From the NCBI GenBank assembly GCA_965112735.1, contig OZ218950.1:5890001-5954000 (forward strand): 64,000 bases of DNA, read 5' to 3'. Below are positions 25,601-41,367 of this stretch, one piece after another; the first letter of the stretch is position 1; each line of letters starts with the position of its first letter. Both the position numbers and the translations under genes were made by a program. The notes under the pieces were generated by a model. It ran no database searches. It had not been told where the DNA came from and worked only from the letters and a program-made list of their open reading frames with translations. The stretch comes from Phaeosaccion multiseriatum. Its lineage: Eukaryota > Protista > Ochrophyta, other classes.

Positions 25601-25847
25601 CGTCGTCAATTGAGTGTGAGCGGCGCGTGTGATGTGGCGGAGAAAGTGGCGTCCCTCAGACAATTACATCCCAGGAGCGAAGCAGCAGCAGCAAAAGAGC
25701 ATAATGTAGTCCTCTTTGAACATACCAAAAAAGAGGGGGAGCCCTTTTTCATTGCCATACGTCTGTGTGTGGTATATTTGAAATCACAACCGCCTGCGAT
25801 AACGAGCTTGAAACGAGCACACAAGTTGGCATAGAGCAGCGCATACA

Positions 25848-26716
25848 ATGAACAGACGGGAGGGAGCATCATCAGGGGAGGCACAAGATGCGGAGGGGGC
25901 GCGACGTCTGAGCAAGGCTGTCGCGCACGACGAGGGAGGGGATGGAGGAGATGACAATCGGGGGGAGGAGACGCGGCTAATCGACGACGACGTAGCGGAG
26001 ATGGACCCAGCCAGGAGGGCAATGTTCGGTATGGCCGTCAAGGTGGAGCTCAAGCCCGGCGTATGGTGGGCTGGAGTCGTGTGCGATCCTCGCTTCGCTC
26101 CTCATCCGGTCATGGTCACGGCCCAAAAATGCCTTCCCCGAGCACAAGACCTGGTCTTCCTCTTCGGCGTCAAGTACCCATTTGTTATGGCGCCATGCTG
26201 GTGAGCGAGGTCTAATAGGGCATCAAGCAATCTGTCCGTCCCATCCGGTCTAACGAACAAGCAACGCGTCCCAATCAGGTCCATCAAGCCCTTCGATGGC
26301 GATGTGGATGTTCTTCCCGCCGCGATGCTCGAGGGCAGCGATGCGCAGGGCTGGATGGAAGGCATGGAGCAGGCAAAGAGGCATGCCTCCCTACCTGAGG
26401 AGCAGAGGATGGCGTGGATAAGAAAGGGCGGCAGGAGGAGAGGGGGGATCGGAGGAGAGGTGCGTTCGCTGCTCGACGAATTCTCCGCTCCTGTGGCTGC
26501 TTGCTCCTGTTTGTACCTCACTCTCCACTCTCTGTCCCCGCCCCGCAGCGAGCACACAATCGCATGCTCCAATTCTACCGGAACCTCGACCAAGACCGGT
26601 CGGCGGCGCCGCTGCTGAGACCGAAGGCACAGCGTCCCGATGGCACCCCTGTGACGCCGCTCGTGACGGCGCTCGCCAGACCTCCGCCAAAGAAGCAGAA
26701 GCGCGCTCCTGGCTGA
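25848..26716 (+). CDS. Short PWWP-domain protein with C-terminal NLS (3 predicted exons, ~230 aa)
   Basis: Exons 25848-26200, 26279-26459, 26549-26716 join in frame: VKVELKPGVWWAGVVCDP...LVFLFG...WSIKPF (PWWP pattern) ...PPPKKQKRAPG*. Confidence 0.6.
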
Positions 26717-28780
26717 GAAGGGCATGGTAGGCAGTCTTGGTGACGGGCTCGGGGGAACAAGCTGTGAGTGAGGGAGCTAGTGAGTGGGCTAGTAGGGCAT
26801 GGGTGGCGTGGATGGGTGGGTGGGTGAATGCGTGTGTGGGTGTCTGGGGGTGTAGGTGCATGGGCAGGACATCGACATTGGTATCGAGGAGGTATATTTC
26901 GGTCTAGTTCGGGATGGTGGGCGGGAGGGTATCGGGTCAGTGACAAGGCCGTGCCGTGTATGGGAGGCAAAAGAGATAAGAGCAAGGGCATAGAGGACAG
27001 TCCGACAAGGACAAGGACATAATCAAGGGAGTGGTATTGGACATTAGCGACGTCTATCAATTACATATCAACTCTTATGCACATCGTAGAGAACTTGGAG
27101 TGAGCGGTAGGCCACAACGTGGCTACTGAGAGCGGTTCCGGGAAGGGTCGTCTCTGCCCTTGGCTCGGAGGCTAACAGGGGGTGGGTGGGTGGGTGGGTG
27201 GATGAATGCGTGCGTGGGTGGGTTCGTGCGTGCGTGGGTGCGTGGGTGGGTGCGTGTGTGGGTGGATGAATGCGTACGTGGGTGGGTTCGTGCGTGCGTG
27301 GGTGCGTGTGTGGTGCGGGGTGTGGGGGTGGGTGAGTGAGTGAGTGTGTGGGTGGGTGGGGGTGTGGGAGGTGGGTGGGTGAGTGAGTGGGTAGGCGGGT
27401 GGGTGGGGGTGTGGGGATGGGTGAGTGCATGGGTGCGTGTGTGGGTCGGTGCGTGAGTGAGTGCGTGCAGTAGGTCTGTGTGATAGCTTCAGGGGGGGGG
27501 GGGGAGAGTGTGGCAGCCAGGACAGCGCTCCGGCGGGTGATAGACGGGGGGGGTGCAAGCGAACCGTCTTGCTTGTAAACAGAGCGGCTGTCCATTTTGG
27601 GAAGGGCGGGAAGCGGAACACTCGCAGACCACGCGAGTAACAAATGAAGACACGTTTTTGCACACCAGCAGCAGCACAGCAAGCAAGAGGCTTGGATGCC
27701 CATGGAGAGGTGTGGGGGTGGTTGTGTGAGTGAGTGGGTAGGTGGGTGGGTGGGGGTGTGGGTACGTGGGTGGGTGGGTGCGTGCGTGGGTGGGTAGGTG
27801 CGTGCGTGGGTGGGTAGGTGCGTGCGTGGGTGTGTGATGGGGGGTGTGGGGTGTAGGTGCATGGGCAGGACATCGACATTGGTATCGAGGAGGTCTATTT
27901 CGGTCTAGTTCGGAATGGTGGGCGGGAGGGTATCGGGTCAGTGACAAGGCCGCGTAGGAGGCAAAAGAGATCAAAGCAAGGGCATAGAGGACACTGTGGC
28001 AAGTGTATAGACAAGGACATCATCAAGTGAGTGGTGTTGGACACTAGCGACGTCCATTAATTACATACATTTCCACTTGATCAACTCTTATGCACGTCCT
28101 AAAGATCTTGGAGGGAGCGGTAGGCCACTACGTGGCTACTGAGAGCGGTTCCGGGAAGGGTCGTCTCTGCCCTTGGCTCGGAGGCTAAGAGGGAGTGGGT
28201 GGGTGGGTGGGTGGGTGGGTGGGGGTGTGGGTACGTGAGTGGGTGCGTGCGTGGGTGTGTGGGTGCGTGCGTGGGTGGATGAATGCTTGCGTGGGTGGGT
28301 TCGTGCGTGCGTGGGTGCGTGCGTGGTGCGGGGTGTGGGGGTGGGTGAGTGAGTGAGTGAGTGAGTGTGTGGGTAGGTGGGTGGGGGTGTGGGGGGTGGG
28401 TGGGTTAGTGAGTGGGTAGGTGGGTGGGTGGGGTGGATGAGTGCGTGGGTGCGTGTGTGGTTGGGGGTGTGGGGGTGGATGAGTGCGTGGGTGCGTGTGT
28501 GGGTGGGTGCGTGAGTGAGTGCGTGTAGTAGGTCTGTGTGATAGCTTCAGGCAGGGCGGGGAGGGCGTGGCAGCCAGGACAGCGCTCCGGCGGGTGATAG
28601 ACGGGTGGGGTGCAACAAGCGGCCCGACTTGCTTGTAAAGAGAGCGGCTGTCCATTTTGGGAAGCGGAACACGCGCAGACCACGCGAGTAGCAAATGAAG
28701 ACAAGAAGTATAGCAAGCAAGAGGGTTGGTGCCCATGGAGAGAGTGAGGGCGAGGGGGGGGGGTGCGTGACTCTCGTCGA
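26717..28780. repeat. GT-rich spacer with duplicated complex blocks Y (26850, 27852) and X (27474, 28531)
   Basis: Block X recurs at 33048, 36179 and 37408, block Y at 36760; separated by (GTGG)n/(GTGC)n/(GTGA)n tracts. Confidence 0.8.
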
Positions 28781-28860
28781 ATGGGTGGTGTAAAGAAACA
28801 ACAGTGTTTGGTTCGTCAAGGGGAATCACGCGGTGCACGTCGCATCTCTTTCAAAAGGGT

Positions 28861-28876
28861 GGTGTGGAGAAACACC
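28861..28876 (-). other. Orphan H4-type 3' stem-loop with ~45 nt of H4 3'UTR but no H4 CDS
   Basis: Minus GGTGTT-TCTC-CACACC (one mismatch); flanks match 33300-33435. Confidence 0.75.
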
Positions 28877-29181
28877 AGTGTTGTTGTTTTGTGTTGACGC
28901 CCTTGACGCTCACAACAGAAAGCCGGGTCCCTCAGTCAATCACATCCCAGGAGCGAAGCAGCAGCTAAGTATACATGTAGTCCTCTTTGGCAACCGAAAC
29001 CTCGCTTACGCTCAAAAGTTTTGTGCTCCTGCTCACAGAGGACTATAGCTATAGTCAGAGGGGGAGCCCTTTTTCACTGCCATACATAAATCTCTGTGTG
29101 TGTGTGGTATATTTGAAATCACAACCGCCTGCGATAACGAGCTTGAACGAGCACACAAGTTGGCATAGAGCAGCGCATACA

Positions 29182-32100
29182 ATGAACAGACGGGAGAGAG
29201 CATTATCAGGGGAGGCACGAGAGGCGGAGGGGGCGCGACGTCTGAGCAAGGCTGTCGCGCACGACGAGGGAGGGGAAGGAGGACATGACAATCGGGGGGA
29301 GGAGACGCGGCTAATCGACGACGACGTAGCGGAGATGGACCCAGCCAGGAGGGCCATGTTCGGTATGACCGTCATGATGGAGCTCAAGCCCGGCGTATGG
29401 TGGGCTGGAGTCGTGTGCGATCCTCGCTTCGCTCCTCATCCGGTCATGGTCACGGCCCAAAAATGCCTCCCCCGAGCACAAGACCTGGTCTTCCTCTTCG
29501 GCGTCAAGTACCCATTTGTTATGGCGCCGTGCTGGTGAGCGAGGTCTAGTAGGGCATCAAGCAATCTGTCCATCCCATCCAGCCTAACGAACAAGCAACG
29601 CGTCCCAATCAGGTCCATCAAGCCCTTCGATGGCGATGTGGATGTTCTTCCCGCCGCGATGCTCGAGGGCAGCGATGCGCAGGGCTGGATGGAAGGCATG
29701 GAGCAAGCCAAGAGGCATGCCTCCCTACCTGAGCACCAGAGGATGCGGTGGATAAGAAAGGGCGGCAGGAGGAGAGGGGGAATTGGAGGAGAGGTGCGTT
29801 CCCTGCTGCCCGCCGCAAACTCTCTGCTTTGTAAGTACCTCACTCTCCACTCTCTATCCCCGCCCCGCAGTCAGCACACAATCGCATGCACCAATTCTAC
29901 CGGAACCTCGACCAAGACCGGTCGGCGGCGCCGCTGGTGAGACCGAAGGCACAGCGTCCCGAACATGGCGCCCCTGCGATGCCGCTCGTGACGGCGCTCG
30001 ACATGGCTGAGGAGGAGGAGGTTGGCGAGGTCCGTAATGCAGCGGCGCACCTGCCCTGCATGTTAGACAAAGCAGCAGGGGCAAGAGCAAGAGAGAGACC
30101 GGCCAAAAGCATGGTGAGGAGAATGGGGGGTTGCTTGGGGCGGCGGAGCACCGGTTGGTGTTTCCTTCTTCTTCTTCTTCTTTCGCTTGCTTCTGGCGGT
30201 GAGATGCATACTCACATGGCTACCACCCCCATTGCCGTCGATTGCGTACATACCGCAGCAGCAACCACCCGAGGGGTTCTTCGTCTATGTGGAGCTGTAC
30301 GCCGATGCCCAAGGAAGGGAAGGCCCTTGCGTCCTTTCCTGGGCCGAGTGGCCGGAGCTCGAGAACGACAGCGCGCGAGGAGGCCGCCGGCACCGCTGCC
30401 CCCTCGCCACCCGGCATCATCAGTGCCAATAGCAGCGGCGACGAGGGCGACAGCGCGCGAGCACCTCCACCCCCCCGAGCCGAAGCCAATCCAGCACGAG
30501 ACGGAGCAGCGGCAGTAGCCACAGCGACCCCACCGCCGACAGCAGCATTGACAGCACCACCCGCACCAGCCGCTCAAGCAGCAGCGACACCCTGTGAGTC
30601 GGGCAGCGGCATCGGAGCAGCTCCGTCACCAGAGGAAAGCGGCACGGGCAGCATCGGAGCAGCGACAGCTCCATCCACAGCACCTTGCGACTCCTCCAGC
30701 GGGGCGGCTGCAGCGTCAGGAGACCAGCACTACGGTGGCGACAGCAGCGACGACAGCGACGACGACAGCGGCGATGACAAGGCGCCCTCGGGAGCAGGGG
30801 GCGGGCCTTCGATGCGCCGCACCTCCTGGGCTGCATGCGAGAGGAAGCGCAAGCCAGCAGGGCAGGAGAGAGCCCCCGCCACTGCCACCCCGCCAAAAGC
30901 GCCTGTGGAGGTTCAGCAGCTTTTTGAAGGGCGGCAGGTCCTGGCCAACCCCTGCCCTGGCCCGGGGAGCCCACTGCAGCGTAGTCGCCCTGATGAGCAG
31001 ACACTGCACCCCCTCTTGGATCGCTTCTGCGCGCTAAAGGTAGGTTTGTGGCACTTGCTTGTGGGCAGCTGACTCACTACACACAGCCACAACACACACA
31101 CACAGCCACACGGCCGGTCGCCTCCTTTGTGTCCCCAACAAATACTAACACAAAATCATGTTCCTCTGCCTTGCTTGCTTGTTCAGGCTCTTAAGGATCC
31201 CAACGCCATGGCCACTCTGCTGCCCATAGTGTCCATGAACACTCTCCTCCACTGGTGCGACGACCTGTCGCCGGGGAAGTTGGACATGCTGTGGAATTTG
31301 CGCCGCCCGGACGAAGGCAAGGCCTTGGCCCCCGAGCAAGTCGTAGGACTCGGTTGCGAGAACGTTCCTCAGGATACTAGCGTCGTCTATTTCGCCTGGC
31401 CATCCGTGGAGCAGGGGGATCGGGACAAGACTCCGGAGAAGGTTCTCGCACTGCTGAGGGAAAATGTGCCTGGGATGGACAAGTATGACACCGTGGGCGA
31501 GGCGGTGCTCAAGCTCATCGACTCCTTCGAGCCAGAGAATGGAGGACGCATGACGGGAGGAGGCAAGGTGGGCACCACCAGGCACCATGGCGGCCGTTTT
31601 GGAGTGTACAACACGAGCGGCCCGCTGCAGCACCTGCTCCTACTCGCCAAGAAGCTGGGCCTTGCCGACTACTTCTCCCTATATTACGTCGTCCTCTTCC
31701 ACGCTGTGGAGCTCTATTCCCCCTACCGCGACACGTCCTCGGACGAAGAAGCCACCAAGCGCAAGGACAACCAAATGGTCTACCTCGAGGCCATCGAGAC
31801 CACCTGCGCCGCCATCATCGGCCTCCAGTGGCTCCCCGCCTTTGCGCGCTTCGGCCGCTTCAGTGGAGGGGGATCATGCAACAACAACGACACCCCCCCC
31901 TTCACCATCAAGGCTCAACACCTGAGCCGCAGCAGCAGCAGCAGCAGCAGCAGCGGCGGTGGTGGTAGCAGCAGCAGCAGCAGCAGCGGCGGTGGTGGTG
32001 ATAGCAGCAGCAGCGGTGGGGTGACGAAGAAGAGGAAGGTGTGCAGCGTAGCAGGCTGCGACAAACGAGCGAGAAAAGGCGGCCTTTGCGACAAGCACGG

Positions 32101-32395
32101 GGGCCAGAGGAAGAGGAAGCTGTGCAACCACGGCGGAGGAGGCCGCTGCCCCAACCTGGCCGTCAAGGATGGCGTGTGTGTGCAGCATGGCGCCACTTTA
32201 AAGCGGTGTAGGGTGGACCACTGTGACAAGTCTGCCAAGAAGGGCGGTCTGTGCATTCGCCATGGGGCCCCTGTGAAGCGGTGCAGCGTACAAGACTGCG
32301 ACAAGCTCGCCCAGCAGGGCGGAGTGTGCCGCAGGCATAGCAGCAGCAGAGAGGAGGGACCTCCGCCAAAGAAGCAGAAGCGCGCTCCTGGCTAG
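29182..32395 (+). CDS. Long PWWP + T5orf172/GIY-YIG-like domain + 4 C-x4-C-x9-C-x2-H (WRKY19-like) zinc fingers + NLS; possible frameshift near 30375
   Basis: PWWP exons paralogous to the 25848 copy. Last exon 31187-32395 has SVVYF...KVGTTRHHGGRFGVYNTSGP...YLEAIE, then CSVAGCDKRARKGGLCDKH-type repeats and PPPKKQKRAPG*. Confidence 0.55.
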
Positions 32396-33377
32396 GCTGA
32401 GAGGGGCATGGTAGGCAGTCTTGGTGACGGGCTCGGGGTAGCAAGTTGTGAGTGAGGGAGGTAGTGAGTGGGTTCGTGGGGCATGGGTGCGTGGCTGCGT
32501 GGGTGAGTGGATGCGTAAGCGCGGATGGGTGCGTGGGTGGATGTGTGGGCGGGTGTGGGGGTGGGTGAGTGAGTGAGTGAGTGGGTAGGTGGGTTGGGGT
32601 TTGGTTACGTGAGTGTGTGGCTGGGTGGGTGTGGGGGTGGGTGAGTGAGTGAGTGGGTGGGTGGGTGGGTGGGTGGGTTCGTATGTGCGTAGGTGGGTGT
32701 GTGGGTGGGTGTGGGGGTGGGTGAGTGAGTGAGTGGGTGGGTGGGTGTGTGAGTGGGTGGGTGGGTGGGTGGGTGGGTGTGCGGGTGGATGGGTTGGGGT
32801 TTGGGTACGTGGGTGGGTGCGTGCGTGGGGGGGTGCGTGTGTGGTGCGGGGTGTGGGGGTGGGAGTGAGTGAGTGAGTGAGTGTGTGGGTAGGTGGGTGG
32901 GGGTGTGGGGGGTGGGTGGGTTAGTGAGTGGGTAGGTGGGTGGGTGGGGTGGATGAGTGCGTGGGTGCGTGTGTGGTTGGGGTTGTGAGGGTGGGTGAGT
33001 GCGTGGGTGCGTGTGTGGGTGGGTGCGTGAGTGAGTGCGTGTAGTACGTCTGTGTGATAGCTTCAGGCAGGGCGGGGAGGGCGTGGCAGCCAGAACAGCG
33101 CTCCAGCGGGTGATAGACGGGTGGGGTGCAACAAGCGGCCCGACTTGCTTGTAAAGAGAGCGGCTGTCCATTTTGGGGAAGCGGAACACGCGCAGACCAC
33201 GCGAGTAGCAAATGAAGACAAGAAGTATAGCAAGCAAGGGGCTCGGGTGCCCATGGAGAGAGTGAGGGCGAGGGGGGGTGTGCGTGACTCTCGTCGATTG
33301 GGTGGTGTAAAGAAACAACAGTGTTTGGTTCGTCAAGGGGAATCACGCGGTGCACGTCGCATCTCTTTCAAAAGGGT

Positions 33378-33393
33378 GGTGTTGAGAAACACC
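33378..33393 (-). terminator. Histone mRNA 3' stem-loop of H4 copy 1
   Basis: GGTGTT-TCTC-AACACC (6-bp stem, 4-nt loop) followed by ACCC, ~70 nt after the stop codon. Confidence 0.85.
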
Positions 33394-33463
33394 AGTGTTG
33401 TTGTTTTGTGTTGACGCCTTGACGCCACAAAAGCGGTGTGCGAGGCGAAAAGAGAGAACGCGT

Positions 33464-35980
<2,517 letters not shown>

Positions 35981-36274
35981 TGGGGGTGGGTGAGTGAGTG
36001 AGTGAGTGGGTGGGTGGGTTGCGGTTTGGGTACGTGGGTGGGTGCGTGCGTGGGTGGGTTGGGGTGTGGGTGGGTGCGCGCGTGGGGGGTGTGGGTGGGT
36101 GGGTGGGTGGGTGCGTGGGTGCGTGGGTGCGTTCGTGCGTGCGTGAGTGAGTGAGGGAGGGAATGAGTGCGTGCAGTAGGTCTGTGTGATAGCTTCAGGG
36201 AGGGTGCGGCAGCCAGGACAGCGCTCCGGCGGGTGATAGACGGGGGGGGTGCAAGCGAACCGTCTTGCTTGTAA

Positions 36275-36498
36275 TGCGCTGTCCCCTCCGATAGGATAGA
36301 ACTACACACACACGCAAGGTAACAGCAACCCCAAAGCCAGCCTAGCAGCCAGCCTTGCCTCTATTAGCTTATCGCATGCTAGCCCTAAACGACCACCTTC
36401 GCACGTAGGATAGTGAGAGCCACGCCACCCGTTCTCAACGCATCTGCCTGGGCCTGGGCCATTGACTTATGGCCCATCTAATCTGAGGCCTTCCAACA
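36275..36498. mobile_element. Short LTR-like insertion (224 bp, TG...CA, GTAA duplication)
   Basis: Empty site CTT-GTAA-ACAGAGCGG near 27573; here GTAA flanks both sides. Right end CTTCCAACA is identical to that of the 35274 insertion. Confidence 0.6.
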
Positions 36499-37737
36499 GT
36501 AAACAGAGCGGCTGTCCATTTTGGGAAGGGCGAGAAGAAGCGGAACACTCGCAGACCACGCGAGTAACAAATGAAGACAAGTTTTTGTACACCAGCAGCA
36601 GCACAGCAAGCAAGAGGCCTGGGTGCCCATGGAGAGGTGTGGAGGTGGGTACGTGGGTGAGTGGGTAGGTGGGTGGGTGGGGGTGCGGGTACGTGGGTGG
36701 GTGGGTGCGTGCGTGGGTGGGTAGGTGCGTGCGTGGGTGTGTGATGGGGGGTGTGGGGTGTAGGTGCATGGGCAGGACATCGACATTGGTATCGAGGAGG
36801 TCTATTTCGGTCTAGTTCGGGATGGTGGGCGGGAGGGTATCGGGTCAGTGACAAGACCGTGCCGTGTATGGGAGGCAAAAGAGATAAGAGCAAGGGCATA
36901 GAGGACAGTCCGACAAGGACAAGGACATCATCAAGGGAGTGGTATTGGACACTAGCGACGTCAATTAATTACATATCAACTCTTATGCACATCGTAGACA
37001 ACTTGGAGGGAGCGGTAGGCCACTACGTGGCTACTGAGAGCGGTTCCGGGAAGGGTCGTCTCTGCCCTTGGCTCGGAGGCTAAGAGGGAGTGGGTGGGTG
37101 GGTGAGTGGGGGTGTGGGTACGTGAGTGGGTGCGTGCGTGGGTGTGTGGGTGCGTGCGTGGGTGGATGAATGGTGGGTTCGTGCGTGCGTGGGTGCGTGT
37201 GTGGTGCGGGGTGTGGGGGTGGGAGTGAGTGAGTGAGTGAGTGTGTGGGTAGGTGGGTGGGGGTGTGGGGGGTGGGTGGGTTAGTGAGTGGGTAGGTGGG
37301 TGGGTGGGGTGGATGAGTGCGTGGGTGCGTGTGTGGTTGGGGGTGTGAGGGTGGGTGAGTGCGTGGGTGCGTGTGTGGGTGGGTGCGTGAGTGAGTGCGT
37401 GTAGTACGTCTGTGTGATAGCTTCAGGCAGGGCGGGGAGGGCGTGGCAGCCAGAACAGCGCTCCAGCGGGTGATAGACGGGTGGGGTGCAACAAGCGGCC
37501 CGACTTGCTTGTAAAGAGAGCGGCTGTCCATGTTGGGGAAGCGGAACACGCGCAGACCACGCGAGTAGCAAATGAAGACAAGAAGTATAGCAAGCAAGGG
37601 GCTCGGGTGCCCATGGAGAGAGTGAGGGCGAGGGGGGGTGTGCGTGACTCTCGTCGAATGGGTGGTGTAAAGAAACAACAGTGTTTGGTTCGTCAAGGGG
37701 AATCACGCGGTGCACGTCGCATCTCTTTCAAAAGGGT

Positions 37738-37753
37738 GGTGTTGAGAAACACC
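37738..37753 (-). terminator. Histone mRNA 3' stem-loop of H4 copy 2
   Basis: GGTGTT-TCTC-AACACC, identical to copy 1. Confidence 0.85.
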
Positions 37754-37823
37754 AGTGTTGTTGTTTTGTGTTGACGCCTTGACGCCACAAAAGCGGTGTG
37801 CGAGGCGAAAAGAGAAAACGCGT

Positions 37824-39504
<1,681 letters not shown>

Positions 39505-39630
39505 ATGCCTTCTTCCTTTGCCCTCTGTGTGATGAGATCCATCGAGTAGCTCCGGGGATGAGAGAGACCTCTCAACTCTTTTTGTCCACCTACTGCCTCC
39601 ACACGCACGACAAGGCAACCAACCAACACT

Positions 39631-39646
39631 GGTGTTTTTTAACACC
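39631..39646 (+). terminator. Histone mRNA 3' stem-loop of H3
   Basis: GGTGTT-TTTT-AACACC followed by ACCC, with AC-rich 5' flank. Confidence 0.85.
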
Positions 39647-40639
39647 ACCCTTGCACTCGAGATTCTTGCCCTTCCTCCTGCTGCCTCTCTCTCTCTTTCT
39701 AACACCACCCCTCCACCTCTTGTGGCTTGCCTACCACCCACTCGCCCATTTCCATGCCTCAGCTCGCCCCCCCGTACGCTCTGGCAGCTTGTGTCGTAGT
39801 GCTTCTTCCCCTTCATCTGACTGCATCCCCCATTCGCTGCAGCACAACTCGTGATCCATCACCCTCTCGCTCACACTATCTCACGCATCACACTGACTCA
39901 TTCACTCGTCATGCATGCACTCCCCTCACCCACTCACTCACCTCTCTCACTCACTCACACTCGAGGAGGGAGTTTCGGTACGGCACCCTGCTTCGGGGCA
40001 CCATGCCTGCCAACGAAGCAGCGACCACGCTGGACTGGGGACTCATGGGGGTTGCTTCTCACGGATGCGGCACAGGGAGCCAAGCCGTGCCCAACAACCA
40101 ACTCCGTATGCGTACGGCACTGCTGATAGCACTTTTGAGTCCTACATTCTTGTATTTGGTATCATGTACACTAATTAAAAAATAGAACTCACGACACTCA
40201 CCCTCGTGCACACATTCACTCTATGCCCCCCCTGTGGTTTGTCGTGCTATCGAGTGAGCATCGGCCCCTCTCGCGGCCTGTGCCAACACGACACAAGAAC
40301 ACAATGCCACGACTTTAACTCATGCGGCTCTCATCGCAGCGACCCCCTTCGCTGTTTGTTGCCACCGGGCTGATGCACTTCCCTTTCACTTCTCCCACCG
40401 AGCTGATGCAGCCCTCCTTCTGCTCTCCCATCCTCCTTTTCCTGCGCCATCTCTACAACTCCTACTGCTACTTTTCCTCCGTTTCCTCCTATCCCTCCAG
40501 CTCCTGCCCCGCTCGAAACGCAGACAGCAGGGACTCATACCTGTAGCGGGCTGCATCTACCACTTCTGCTCCTCCTCCTCCTTCTCCCCATTGCCTAGGC
40601 TTCGGCGGCCCTCTGCCTCCCGTATCAATGGCATGTCAT

Positions 40640-40671
<32 letters not shown>

Positions 40672-40694
40672 TATCATCATCATCATCATCATCA

Positions 40695-40743
<49 letters not shown>

Positions 40744-41367
40744 TCATCATCATCATCATCGTTGCTCTGACACCGAACCGGCCCTCCTCTCGCTGCGTCC
40801 TTCCTTCCTTCCTTCCTTCTCTCCTTCCTTCCCTTCTGCCTTCCTTCCTGCCTCCCTGCCTCCCTGCCTCCCTGCCTCCCTGCCCCCTTCCTTCCTTCTC
40901 TCCTTCCTTCCCTTCTGCCTTCCTTCCTGCCTCCCTGCCTCCCTGCCCCCTTCCTTCCCCGCGAAGCGATCGACACCCTCCACCTACCGCTCCTCCTCTT
41001 TGGAGTCTCGACCCCTTCTGCCCTCTTCTCCGGTGGCAGAAAGGCCGCTTTCTTCCCACCTAACCGGCAGGCAAGCAGGGAGAGCAACAGCGAAATGAGT
41101 CAGTTCAGAGGAAGGGGGTTGCATTCAACAGGCCTGACTCCGACTCCGCTGACCACCACCGCCCAGAGCGAGCGAGTGCAAGCCCAAGCTCCTGCCTACA
41201 CTGTACCTACACAGACCCCGCCACTCCGCACACCAGCCTCTCTTGGCACACACCTGGATGGGGCCTCCTCTCCTTCTCCTGGCTTGCAGAGGGCGTCTGA
41301 TTCCTTCGCAACTCTACCCCGCTTCTAATTCCTTCGCAAGGCTCGGGAAAACGGGAGAGCTTCCGTG

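Noticed and set aside
30290-30375. VLSWAEWPELENDS as a chromodomain fragment
   Set aside because: Too short, lacks the other chromodomain motifs, and the frame is uncertain.
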